DNA of 64,000 nucleotides from Acidimicrobiales bacterium (lineage in GTDB: Bacteria; Actinomycetota; Acidimicrobiia; Acidimicrobiales; SZUA-35), in contig OZ244195.1 of NCBI GenBank assembly GCA_965216685.1, positions 3,977,423 through 4,041,422 on the forward strand. The letters run 5' to 3'. The notes beneath the pieces are model-generated. The model did no database searches. It saw only the letters and a list, made by a program, of their open reading frames with translations, and was not told the DNA's origin. The position numbers and the translations under genes were made by a program. Shown one piece after another: positions 19,919-29,424 of this stretch; position 1 is the stretch's first letter, and each line of letters begins with the position of its first letter.

Positions 19919-20479
19919 GTGAAACGAAACGAGAGCATCGTGACCTACACACCCCCGTTCAACTTTCAGCAGTGGATTGAGGATCATGCCGACGAGTTGC
20001 AACCTCCGGTGTCCAACAAGCAGGTCTGGCCCGGCACCGACATGATCGTGATGGTGGTCGGTGGCGGCAACGTTCGCACCGACTACCACGACGACCCCCG
20101 GGAGGAGTTCTTCTACCAACTCAGGGGCGACATGATCCTGAAGGTGCGTGAACCGGGCGAGCCGCCCACCGACCTCCACATCCGCCAGGGCGAGGTGTTT
20201 CTACTTCCCGCCCATCTGCGGCACTCACCCCAGCGGCCCGATCGGGAGTCGATCGGGTTGGTGGTCGAATACGCCCGGGCCGAGGGCGAGCTCGACGGGT
20301 TCGAGTGGTACTGCCCGAACTGCAACGAGATCCTTCATCGGGTCGAAGTGCAGATGAAGGAGATCGACAAGGACCTGCCCCCGCTGTTCGAGGCGTTCTA
20401 CGGCGACGTCGACGCCAGGACCTGTGACAACTGCGGCACTGTGCACCCGGCCCCTGATGGCGGTGGAGCAACCGAGTAG
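19919..20479 (+). CDS. nbaC: 3-hydroxyanthranilate 3,4-dioxygenase
   Basis: LQPPVSNK, RTDYHDDPREEFFYQL.G, HSPQRP, rubredoxin-like CPNC...CDNC. Confidence 0.95.
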   Translation: MKRNESIVTYTPPFNFQQWIEDHADELQPPVSNKQVWPGTDMIVMVVGGGNVRTDYHDDPREEFFYQLRGDMILKVREPGEPPTDLHIRQGEVFLLPAHLRHSPQRPDRESIGLVVEYARAEGELDGFEWYCPNCNEILHRVEVQMKEIDKDLPPLFEAFYGDVDARTCDNCGTVHPAPDGGGATE

Positions 20480-20489
20480 GCTCACGGCT

Positions 20490-21785
20490 GTGAGCAACCG
20501 ATTCGATCCCACTTCCTATCTCTCGGCCGAAGGAGCCGACGCGCTCGACGCCGGTGACCCGTTGGCCCCCTGGCGTTCCCGCTACGCCATACCCCGCAAC
20601 ACCGACGGCTCCGAGAAGATCTACCTGGTCGGTAACTCTCTTGGCCTGCAGGGTGATCTGAGCCGGCGGTATGTGGAGACCGAGCTGCAACGGTGGGCCG
20701 AACTCGGGGCCGACGGTCATCTGGACGGCGAGCTGGCCTGGATGCCCTACCACGAGTTGCTGACCGATCCGATGTCGTTGGTGGTTGGCGGCCGGCCCGA
20801 GGAGGTGGTGGTGATGAACACCCTCACCGTCAACCTCCACCTGCAGATGATCAGCTTCTACACCCCGACCGCCGACCGGCACAAGATCCTCATCGAGGAC
20901 CACGCCTTCCCGTCCGATCACTTCGCCGTGGAGTCACAGATCCGGCAGCGGGGGTTCGATCCGGACCAGTCGCTGATAACGGTGGCGCCCCGCTCCGGCT
21001 CCGATCTGCTCGATCCGGCCGACATTCTGGCCGCCATCGAAGCTCACGGTGATGAGCTGGCTCTGGTGCTGTTGCCGGGGGTCCAGTACTACACCGGCCA
21101 GGTGCTGCCCATGGCCGACATCACCCGGGCCGGCCACGCCGTTGGTGCCCACGTCGGTCTCGACCTGGCCCATGCCGTCGGGAACGTCGGGTTGGAGCTG
21201 CATGACTGGGGCGTCGACTTCGCCTCTTGGTGCACCTACAAGTACCTGAACAGTGGCCCGGGGGGCATCGCCGGGTTCTACGTGCACAACCGTCACACCG
21301 CCGACCAGTCACTACCAAAGTTCCTGGGGTGGTGGGGCACCAACAAGTCGACCCGGTTCCAGATGGAAACCGACTTCGACCCTATTCCCACCGTTGAGTC
21401 GTGGCAGATCTCCAATCCCTCGGTCCTGGCCATGGCCTCCCTCCGAGGATCGCTCGACATGATCGATGAAGCCGGCGGCATGACCGCTCTGCGGGCCAAG
21501 TCGGAACAACAGGTTCTCTACATGGACGCCGTGCTGGCCACGGTGCTGGGAGAGCGGGTGCGTTCGATCACCCCGACGGCACTGGCCGAGCGGGGTTGCC
21601 AGTTCGCCCTTCGGATCACCTCGGCCCACCATCCGGGCCGCCAGGTGCAACAACAGCTCGAGGCGTCCGGGGTGGCCTGTGACTGGCGCCACCCGGACGT
21701 GATCCGGGTCGCCCCCGTCCCGCTCTACAACAGCTTCGCCGACATCTGGCGCTTCGCTCAAATACTCGACGGAATCCTGCAGTGA
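20490..21785 (+). CDS. kynU: Kynureninase
   Basis: YLVGNSLG, AFPSDHF, DLAHAVGN, WCTYKYLNSGPG (PLP Lys), IRVAPVPLYN. Confidence 0.95.
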   Translation: MSNRFDPTSYLSAEGADALDAGDPLAPWRSRYAIPRNTDGSEKIYLVGNSLGLQGDLSRRYVETELQRWAELGADGHLDGELAWMPYHELLTDPMSLVVGGRPEEVVVMNTLTVNLHLQMISFYTPTADRHKILIEDHAFPSDHFAVESQIRQRGFDPDQSLITVAPRSGSDLLDPADILAAIEAHGDELALVLLPGVQYYTGQVLPMADITRAGHAVGAHVGLDLAHAVGNVGLELHDWGVDFASWCTYKYLNSGPGGIAGFYVHNRHTADQSLPKFLGWWGTNKSTRFQMETDFDPIPTVESWQISNPSVLAMASLRGSLDMIDEAGGMTALRAKSEQQVLYMDAVLATVLGERVRSITPTALAERGCQFALRITSAHHPGRQVQQQLEASGVACDWRHPDVIRVAPVPLYNSFADIWRFAQILDGILQ

Positions 21786-23206
21786 CCGCTCGCCGGGGGC
21801 TGGAGGGTGTGGTCCCCCCGTTGGGAGACGACGGCGCAGTGGTGATCGTTGGCGGCGGTCCGGCCGGTGCCACCCTGGCCCTCTACCTGGCCCGCCAGGG
21901 TCACCGGGTACAGATCCTGGAAAGTCGCCAGGATCTACGGTGCCACGATGTCGACGCCGGGCGCTCGATCAACCTGGCTCTGGCCACTCGGGGCATCGTG
22001 CCGCTGACCGAGCTGGGTGTCATCGATCGGGTGGAGCCGATCGCCATCCCAATGACGGGTCGTATCGTGCACGACGTCGACGGCTCGACCAACTTCCAGC
22101 CCTACGGCCTGACTGACGACGACGCCATCCACTCGGTGTCCCGGCCCGGCCTGAACGCCATCCTGCTCGACGCCGCCGAGGAGACCGGAATGGTCACCGT
22201 CGACTTCGGAAAGCGGTGCCGGGGAATCGACTGGGACGACAAGCTGATCGTGGTCACTGACTACAGCAACAACGATCAGATGACCCAGGTTCCCTTCGGC
22301 ACGGTGCTCGGTTGTGATGGAGCCAATTCCGAGGTCCGGGCCGCCATCCAGCGGGTCAACGGCGGGTCGACCACGGTCGAACCGCTGAACCACGGCTACA
22401 AGGAGCTGGAGATCCCGGCCGGGGTCGACGGCTCGTTCCAGCTCGACCCGGGAGGGCTCCACATCTGGCCCCGGGGCCAGTTGATGCTGATCGCTCTGGC
22501 CAATCCGGCCGGCGACTTCACCGTCACGCTGTTCATGCCCTACGTCACCCCCGACGGCAAGGACCAGCCGACCGGTTTCGACGATCTCATCGACCTGGCC
22601 TCGGCCCAGGACTTCTTCGCCCGGGAGTTTCCCGACTTCATGGAGCTGGTTCCCGACGCTGCTGAACAGTTCATGGCCAACCCCACCGGCGATCTGGCCA
22701 CGGTCCGGTGTTCGGGTTGGAGCCACGGCGGCGACGGCGTGGTGGTGGGCGACGCCGCCCACGCCATCGTGCCCTTCCATGGTCAGGGCATGAACGCGGC
22801 CATGGAGTCGGCTCGGCTGCTCAGCCATTGCCTGGCCAAGCTGGGAGACAACCCCGATCAAGCGTTCGCCTTGTTCGAGATGGATCGCAAACCCGACGTC
22901 GACGCCATTGCCGACATGGCCCTCGACAACTACATCGAGATGCGCTCAGATGTGGCCGACCCCGACTACCTGCTCAAACGGGAACTGGCTCTCGAACTGG
23001 AACGACGGTTCCCCGATCTGATGGCCGCACGCTACGGCATGGTGATGTTCACCACCATGCCCTACCACCAGGTGAAACAGCGAGCGGAGGATCAGCAACG
23101 GATTCTCTCGCAATTGGTTGCCGACACCGACTCGGCGGCCGATATCGATTTCGACCGGGCCCATGCTCTCCTGGAAGCGCTGGGCCCCCTGCCTAGCGAG
23201 GTCTGA
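21782..23206 (+). CDS. kmo: Kynurenine 3-monooxygenase
   Basis: GGGPAG, GRSINLAL, HGYKEL.IP, LHIWPRG, GDAAHAIVPFHGQGMN, MALDNYIEM. Confidence 0.93.
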   Translation: MTARRGLEGVVPPLGDDGAVVIVGGGPAGATLALYLARQGHRVQILESRQDLRCHDVDAGRSINLALATRGIVPLTELGVIDRVEPIAIPMTGRIVHDVDGSTNFQPYGLTDDDAIHSVSRPGLNAILLDAAEETGMVTVDFGKRCRGIDWDDKLIVVTDYSNNDQMTQVPFGTVLGCDGANSEVRAAIQRVNGGSTTVEPLNHGYKELEIPAGVDGSFQLDPGGLHIWPRGQLMLIALANPAGDFTVTLFMPYVTPDGKDQPTGFDDLIDLASAQDFFAREFPDFMELVPDAAEQFMANPTGDLATVRCSGWSHGGDGVVVGDAAHAIVPFHGQGMNAAMESARLLSHCLAKLGDNPDQAFALFEMDRKPDVDAIADMALDNYIEMRSDVADPDYLLKRELALELERRFPDLMAARYGMVMFTTMPYHQVKQRAEDQQRILSQLVADTDSAADIDFDRAHALLEALGPLPSEV

Positions 23207-23208
23207 CC

Positions 23209-24048
23209 ATGGCAAACCCCTCCGACAAGTCCACCGACCATCCCCAATCGTCCGGCAGTCGGGATCCGGTGATGACCTACGGCAGCTATCTCAAGATCGA
23301 TGAGCTTCTCAGTCTCCAGCAGCCGGTGTCTCGACCGGTCGAGCACGACGAGATGCTGTTCATCATCATCCATCAGGTCTATGAGCTGTGGTTCAAGGAG
23401 GTCCTGCACGAGCTCGACGAACTGGTGGAGTTCCTCGACGCTGATCGCCCGGCCCTCAGCAGTCACCAGTTGGTGCGGGTACTCAAGATCTTCAAGACGT
23501 TGGTGGCTCAGATCGATGTGCTGGAGACCATGACCCCGTTGGAGTTCGATTCGTTCCGGGAGTTCCTGGCCAACGCCAGCGGCTTCCAGTCGGCCCAGTT
23601 CCGGGAAGTGGAGTTTCTGTTGGGGCTCAAGGACCGACGTCACCTCGACCGGTTCGCCGCCAATGCCCGGGAGCACGCCAACCTCGAGCGTCGGTACCAT
23701 GCTCCGTCATTGTGGGACGCCTTCATCCGCTACGTGGGCCGCCTGGGCTACGACATCCCGGAGGACTTCCTGGAACGCGACGTCACCCAGGCCAACGGCT
23801 ACTCGGCCGGCATCCAGTCGACCCTGATAGACGTGTACCGCAATGATCCCCCGGTGACCCGGCTGTGCGAATACCTGACCGATCTCGACGAGGGTTTGCA
23901 GGAGTGGCGCTTCCGCCACGTGATGATGGTCCAGCGCACCATCGGAACCAAGATGGGCACCGGCGGATCCAACGGCGCCGAGTACCTGCGAACCACCCTG
24001 TTCCGACCCGCCTTCCCCGACCTGTGGGCCATCCGTAGCGCCTTCTGA
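23209..24048 (+). CDS. kynA: Tryptophan 2,3-dioxygenase
   Basis: YGSYL, HDEMLFIIIHQVYELWFK, ASGFQSAQFR, WRFRH..MVQRTIG.K.GTGGS. Confidence 0.95.
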   Translation: MANPSDKSTDHPQSSGSRDPVMTYGSYLKIDELLSLQQPVSRPVEHDEMLFIIIHQVYELWFKEVLHELDELVEFLDADRPALSSHQLVRVLKIFKTLVAQIDVLETMTPLEFDSFREFLANASGFQSAQFREVEFLLGLKDRRHLDRFAANAREHANLERRYHAPSLWDAFIRYVGRLGYDIPEDFLERDVTQANGYSAGIQSTLIDVYRNDPPVTRLCEYLTDLDEGLQEWRFRHVMMVQRTIGTKMGTGGSNGAEYLRTTLFRPAFPDLWAIRSAF

Positions 24049-24085
24049 TCACACTGCGGTATCATCTTCCGCCTCCTGCCGTGGA

Positions 24086-24130
24086 GGTTTGTGCGTTGGA
24101 GTGTCACAATGACACCGCAGCGCACAAACC
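24086..24130. repeat. REP-like palindrome / bidirectional terminator at the convergent kynA junction
   Basis: GGTTTGTGCG...GTGTCA-CAA-TGACAC...CGCACAAACC; shares TGTGCG/CGCACA ends with the other copies. Confidence 0.7.
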
Positions 24131-24131
24131 T

Positions 24132-24869
24132 TCATCGCAGGCGGTTGGATCCGGCGGGCCGCAAGTTGACCAGATCGGCCAAATGGCGGGCCATCTCCAG
24201 CTCGGTCGCCGTGGTGACGTGAATATTGACCGGGTCTCCCTCCACCAGCACGACCCGACCGCCTTGGCGCTCGATCATCTCCAGTTCTTCCGGTGGCAGC
24301 GGCGGCTGATCAGGGCCGCCGAAGGCGGAGTAGGCGTCGACGAGGGCTCGGCGGGCGAAGGCGCAGGGAGCCTGGGCCGTGACCAGCGATGTCTTGTCGA
24401 CGGACCCGATGACGGTTCCATGGTCGTGCTCCTTGATCGCATCGCAGATCGGGCCGGCGGGAGCAGCCGCTGTTGCCCCGGCGGCCACGGCCTCGACGGT
24501 GCGCCGGTACAGGTCGGCCGAAGCCAACGGGTGGGAGGCCGAGGCCAAGACCACGACCTCCACGTGGTCCGGCACCAGAGCCAGCCCGATTCGGGCCGAC
24601 TGGCCGTGGGTCTCACCGCCATGAACAACGGCATGAACAGGCCGGCCGTCCCACCGCAGGGCACCGTCGTCGTCGATCTCATGGTCTACCGGCAACACCA
24701 CGATCACCAGATCACAGACCGCGGAGGCCGTGGCCACCACCCGGTCGACCAACGTCTCACCGTCGATTTCCTCGAACTGCTTGAACCGACCGAAGCGCCG
24801 ACCTCGCCCGGCGGCCAGAATCACCGCCGCCGTCGACGGTCGAGAACCCGAAGTCGAATCCGAAACCAT
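24132..24869 (-). CDS. IspD/TarI-like nucleotidyltransferase, divergent active site
   Basis: ILAAGRGRRFG..KQF, GGET...S...GL, AQAP.AF, NIHVTT..EL. Confidence 0.75.
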   Translation of the reverse strand: MVSDSTSGSRPSTAAVILAAGRGRRFGRFKQFEEIDGETLVDRVVATASAVCDLVIVVLPVDHEIDDDGALRWDGRPVHAVVHGGETHGQSARIGLALVPDHVEVVVLASASHPLASADLYRRTVEAVAAGATAAAPAGPICDAIKEHDHGTVIGSVDKTSLVTAQAPCAFARRALVDAYSAFGGPDQPPLPPEELEMIERQGGRVVLVEGDPVNIHVTTATELEMARHLADLVNLRPAGSNRLR

Positions 24870-24931
24870 GGCTCCCCACCTTATGTCGGGCCACTCTACA
24901 ATCTGCTCAACGACGGTCTCGGAGGAGCACG

Positions 24932-26110
24932 ATGAGTTCGACCAGAGCCGCTGCCGGCACCCCGGCCGGATATTCACCGGCCCTCGATGACTTCAGATCA
25001 GTGGTTGAGACCACCACTGACGCCACCGGCTCCGAGTTCGCCGACGGCGTTGAACAGAAGGTGGTGATCTACCAGGCCGACAGGCTGAGGGCGGCGATGG
25101 CCACCGATCCGGCATTGGCCGTGTCCATCCGCATTGAGTTGGCCGAGATGCTCGACCGTGGTCCGGGGATTCTGGTGATCAAAGCGGCCTTCGCCCCCTC
25201 CATCGTCGACCGGGCCACCGCGGCCTTCGAACAGATCATCGCCGCCGAACGTCAGGCCGGGTTGGGGGCAGGCGATCATTACGCCAAGCCGGGGGCCAAC
25301 GACCGGGTGTGGAACGCCCTGGAGAAGTTGGCGGTGACCGAACCCGACGTGTTCGTCCACTACTACGCCAACGACATGTTGGCTCTGGCCTCCCTGGCCT
25401 GGCTGGGGCCTAACTATCAGGTCACCTCCCAGGTCAACGTGGTCAATCCCGGCGGTGAGGCCCAACAACCTCATCGCGACTACCACCTGGGTTTCATGAC
25501 CGACGCCATGGCCGAGCAGTATCCGGCCCACTGCCACCGGTTGTCACCGGTATTGACCCTGCAGGCGGCGGTGGCCCACTGTGACATGCCGATCGAGACC
25601 GGTCCCACCATGTACCTGCCCCACTCCCAGAAGTACGGGCCCGGCTACCTGGCCTGGCGGCGGCCCGAGTTCATCGAGTACTTCACCGCCCACCGCATCC
25701 AGCTCCCCCTGGCCAAGGGCGATTTCGTCTGCTTCAATCCGGCGTTGTTCCACGCCGCCGGCACCAACCAGACGGCCGATGTTCGCCGTATGGCCAACCT
25801 GTTGCAGGTTTCCTCGGCCTTCGGTCGGACGATGGAGACCATTGACACGGTTCGTATGTTGAAGGCCGTCTACCCGGCACTGGTCCTTGGCGACCGGGCC
25901 GGGATGTCGCAGGGCGAACTCGACAACGCCTTGGCCGCGGCGGCCGAAGGTTACGCCTTCCCCACCAACCTCGACAAGGACCCGCCGCTGGGCGGCCTCA
26001 CCCCACCGTCGCAGTACGACATCGTGCGGGAGGCATTGGCCGAGGAGTGCAGCGTCGGTGAGCTGATCGGTCGACTGGAGTCGCACCGGCGGCGTCAACA
26101 GTCGATCTGA
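24932..26110 (+). CDS. Phytanoyl-CoA dioxygenase (PhyH) family Fe(II)/2OG enzyme
   Basis: QQPHRDYH (HxD), GPTMYLPHSQ, GDFVCFNPALFHAAG.N...VRR. Confidence 0.88.
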   Translation: MSSTRAAAGTPAGYSPALDDFRSVVETTTDATGSEFADGVEQKVVIYQADRLRAAMATDPALAVSIRIELAEMLDRGPGILVIKAAFAPSIVDRATAAFEQIIAAERQAGLGAGDHYAKPGANDRVWNALEKLAVTEPDVFVHYYANDMLALASLAWLGPNYQVTSQVNVVNPGGEAQQPHRDYHLGFMTDAMAEQYPAHCHRLSPVLTLQAAVAHCDMPIETGPTMYLPHSQKYGPGYLAWRRPEFIEYFTAHRIQLPLAKGDFVCFNPALFHAAGTNQTADVRRMANLLQVSSAFGRTMETIDTVRMLKAVYPALVLGDRAGMSQGELDNALAAAAEGYAFPTNLDKDPPLGGLTPPSQYDIVREALAEECSVGELIGRLESHRRRQQSI

Positions 26111-26197
26111 TCGGCCAACCCCGGTCCGGCTGGCGGCCATGACGCGGGCCTGTGCGATACTGAAAGAGCAACCAGCCGAGCCGAAGGATCACTGATC

Positions 26198-27853
26198 ATG
26201 TCTGCCGATTCGCACCTGCCGGATGAGCAATCCGAGGCCTACCAGCGGTACCGGGAGGCCTACGACGCCTCGAAGCTCCGCGACGTGCCGTTCGAGACCA
26301 TGTCGGGTGTACCCGTTGACTCGGTCTACGGCCACGAGCCCTATCCCGGGCAGTACCCCTACACCCGGGGTGTTTACCCGTCGATGTACCGGTCCCGGTT
26401 GTGGACGATGCGGATGTTCGCCGGATTCGGCACCGCCGAGGACACCAACGCCCGGTTCAAAGCCATCCTCCGCAACGGGGGAACCGGACTGTCGACGGCG
26501 TTCGACATGCCCACACTCATGGGGCGCGACTCAAACAGTCCCTGGTCGCAGGGCGAGGTGGGCCGGGCCGGGGTGGCTGTCGACACCCTGGCCGACATGG
26601 AGGACCTGTTCTCCGGCATCGACCTTTCGGCCGTGTCGACCTCGATGACCATCAACGGTCCGGCCGCCATCGTGTTGGCCATGTACGTTGCCGTGGCCGA
26701 GAAGAACGGGGTGGCCCGAGCCGATCTGGCCGGAACCATCCAGAACGACATATTCAAGGAGTACCAGGCCCAGAAGGAATACATCTATCCGCCCCGACCC
26801 TCGGTACGCATCGTCACCGACATGATCCGATTCACGGCAGCCGAGATGCCCCGCTGGCACCCGGTGTCGATCTCCGGCTACCACATCCGAGAAGCCGGAT
26901 CGACGGCGGCTCAGGAGCTGGCCTTCACCCTGGCCAACGGCTTCGCCTACGTTGAGGCGGCCGTGGCCGCCGGGGTCGATGTCGACACCTTCGCCGGCCG
27001 GCTCAGCTTCTTCTTCAACAGTCACTCCGACTTCTTCGAGGAGATCGGCAAGTTCCGGGCGGCCCGGCGGATCTGGGCCCGCTGGATGAAGGAGCGCTAC
27101 GGGGCCAAGAAGGAACGGTCCCTGCTGTGCCGGTTCCACACCCAGACCGCCGGGGTGTCATTGACCGCCCAGCAGCCGGAGAACAACATCGCCCGGGTGG
27201 CCATCCAGGCCTTGGCCGCCGCTCTGGGCGGCACCCAGAGCCTGCACACCGACTCGTTCGACGAGGCGCTGGCCCTGCCCACCGAGAAAGCGGCCCGTAT
27301 CGCCCTGCGGACCCAGCAGATCGTGGCCCACGAGACCGGTGTGGTGAACGTGGCTGACCCACTGGGTGGGGCGCCGTTCGTGGAGTGGATGACCGACGAA
27401 ATGGAGCGGCAGGCCGAAGCGGTCTTCGCCCATCTCGACGAACTGGGCAACGGTTCGATCCTGGAGGGGGTCTATGCCGGTATCGAGAACGGCTATTTCG
27501 TGGGTGAGATAGCCGATGCCGCCTACCGGTTCGAGCGGGAGGTCAACGAGGGTCGGCGGATCATCGTCGGCGTCAATGCCTTCACCGACGGAAACGAAGG
27601 CGAAGGCGATCTGCTCCGCATCAGTGCCGAGACCGAGGAGTTGCAGCTGAAACGGTTGGGCGAGGTCAAACAGCGTCGCGACGGCGACGCCGTGGCCCGA
27701 GCGTTGGCCGACGTGACGGCGGCGGCAGCCGAGCCGTCCGCCAACTTGATGGACCCCATCCTGGCCGCGGTGCACACCTACGCCACACTGGAGGAGATCG
27801 TAATGGCCATGGAGGCCGAATTCGGGACCTACGTGGAAAGGGCGATAATTTAG
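26198..27853 (+). CDS. icmA: Acyl-CoA mutase large subunit, isobutyryl-CoA mutase-type signature
   Basis: PYTRG, WTMRMFAGFG, QNDIFKEYQAQKE, SISGYHIREAG, RFHTQTAG.SLTAQQP; no B12 domain. Confidence 0.8.
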   Translation: MSADSHLPDEQSEAYQRYREAYDASKLRDVPFETMSGVPVDSVYGHEPYPGQYPYTRGVYPSMYRSRLWTMRMFAGFGTAEDTNARFKAILRNGGTGLSTAFDMPTLMGRDSNSPWSQGEVGRAGVAVDTLADMEDLFSGIDLSAVSTSMTINGPAAIVLAMYVAVAEKNGVARADLAGTIQNDIFKEYQAQKEYIYPPRPSVRIVTDMIRFTAAEMPRWHPVSISGYHIREAGSTAAQELAFTLANGFAYVEAAVAAGVDVDTFAGRLSFFFNSHSDFFEEIGKFRAARRIWARWMKERYGAKKERSLLCRFHTQTAGVSLTAQQPENNIARVAIQALAAALGGTQSLHTDSFDEALALPTEKAARIALRTQQIVAHETGVVNVADPLGGAPFVEWMTDEMERQAEAVFAHLDELGNGSILEGVYAGIENGYFVGEIADAAYRFEREVNEGRRIIVGVNAFTDGNEGEGDLLRISAETEELQLKRLGEVKQRRDGDAVARALADVTAAAAEPSANLMDPILAAVHTYATLEEIVMAMEAEFGTYVERAII

Positions 27854-27876
27854 ACGTCGTGGGAGAGAGCGAGAAC

Positions 27877-28341
27877 ATGTCCGAATCCGGTGATGAGCCG
27901 CTGACCCCGTCTCAGGACGTTCGACTTCGGGTGGTGCTGGCCAAACTCGGCCTCGACGGCCACGACCGGGGACTGAAGGTGGTGGCCCGCATCCTGCGCG
28001 ACGCCGGGATGGAGGTCATCTACCTCGGGCTGCGGCAAACCACCGCCAGCATCGTTGAGGCGGCCGAGCAGGAGGACGCCGACGCCATCGGGCTGTCGAT
28101 GCACAACGCCGGCCATCTGACCCTGGCCCCGGCCATGGTCAACGCGCTGGCCGAGGCGGGAATGTCCACCCCGGTGGTGGTGGGCGGCATCATTCCCACC
28201 GAGGACGTGCAGACCCTGCTCGATGCCGGCGTGGCCACCGTGCTCGGCCCCGGGGCTTCGGCCGCCGAGGTGGCCCAAGCGGTACGGGACGCTGTCGACG
28301 GCCGTGGTGGCGGCCACCCCGATTCCGATCCGGCATCCTGA
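27877..28341 (+). CDS. icmB: Acyl-CoA mutase small (cobalamin-binding) subunit
   Basis: KLGLDGHDRG (DxHxxG), DAGMEVIYLG, GGIIP. Confidence 0.8.
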   Translation: MSESGDEPLTPSQDVRLRVVLAKLGLDGHDRGLKVVARILRDAGMEVIYLGLRQTTASIVEAAEQEDADAIGLSMHNAGHLTLAPAMVNALAEAGMSTPVVVGGIIPTEDVQTLLDAGVATVLGPGASAAEVAQAVRDAVDGRGGGHPDSDPAS

Positions 28342-28361
28342 GCCGGCCGCTGGCGACGAAC

Positions 28362-29393
28362 ATGACCTCGTCAACCCGCACCTCCCCGTCGATCGCCGAG
28401 CTGTACCACGACGCCCAAGCCGGTAGTCGTCTGGCCCTCGGCCGACTCCTGACCAGGGTCGAGCGGGGCGGCGCTGACGCCGACGCCATCAGCGAACTGG
28501 CTCACGCCGACGCCGGAGCGGCCCACATCGTGGGCATTACCGGGGCGCCCGGCGCCGGGAAATCGACATTGGTGGGCGAGCTGGTGGCCCACCTCGTGGC
28601 CGACGGTCGTCGGCCCGCCGTATTGGCCGTCGATCCGTCATCGCCCCTGACCGGTGGCGCCATTCTCGGCGACCGTATCCGGATGGAAGGGGCCCAGGAC
28701 GTACCGGCCAAGCCCGACGGCGGAACCAGTGGGAGTGAGCACAAGCCGTTCATCCGGTCCATGGCCACCCGGGGTCACTCCGGTGGATTGGCCCTGGCGG
28801 TGCCGCTGGCCGTGCGGCTCTTCGATGCCCTGGGCTTTGACCCGGTCATCATCGAGACGGTGGGGGTAGGTCAGGTCGAAGTCGACGTGGTCGGAGCGGC
28901 CGACACCGCGGTGGTGGTGACCACGCCCGGCATGGGTGACGCCGTCCAGGCCAACAAGGCCGGGCTGTTGGAGGTGGCCGATGTCTTCGTCGTCAACAAG
29001 GCTGATCGCCCGGGGGCCAACGACGTGCGCCGCGACCTGGACCTCATGCTTGACCTCAGCAAGGTGACCGGGCAGGAGGCCGAGATCGGCTACCGGCCAC
29101 CGATCGTCATGGCCTCGGCTCTGGAGGGCACCGGGTCGACCGACGTTCTGGCCGCAGTGGCCGACCACCTCGAGTTCCTGGAGTCGAGCGGTCGCCGGGA
29201 AGAACGACGGCGCCACCGGGTGCGAACCGAGATCGAGGCCCGGCTGGAACAGGCGCTGCATCGCCGGATGACCGACCTGCTCGCTTCACCCATCGGGGCC
29301 GAGATGCTTTCCATGGTCCAGGCCGGTGACCAGTCTCCCACCTCGGTCACCCGCAAGCTGTTGGCCGAGCTGCTGGCCGCCGGTCCCGATTGA
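28362..29393 (+). CDS. meaB: MeaB/ArgK mutase-associated GTPase
   Basis: GITGAPGAGKST, AVDPSSP.TGGAILGDRIRM, IRSMATRG, ETVGVGQ.E, NKAD. Confidence 0.93.
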   Translation: MTSSTRTSPSIAELYHDAQAGSRLALGRLLTRVERGGADADAISELAHADAGAAHIVGITGAPGAGKSTLVGELVAHLVADGRRPAVLAVDPSSPLTGGAILGDRIRMEGAQDVPAKPDGGTSGSEHKPFIRSMATRGHSGGLALAVPLAVRLFDALGFDPVIIETVGVGQVEVDVVGAADTAVVVTTPGMGDAVQANKAGLLEVADVFVVNKADRPGANDVRRDLDLMLDLSKVTGQEAEIGYRPPIVMASALEGTGSTDVLAAVADHLEFLESSGRREERRRHRVRTEIEARLEQALHRRMTDLLASPIGAEMLSMVQAGDQSPTSVTRKLLAELLAAGPD

Positions 29394-29424
29394 ACCGGGC
29401 CCTCGGTTGGCCTTGAAACAAGGG

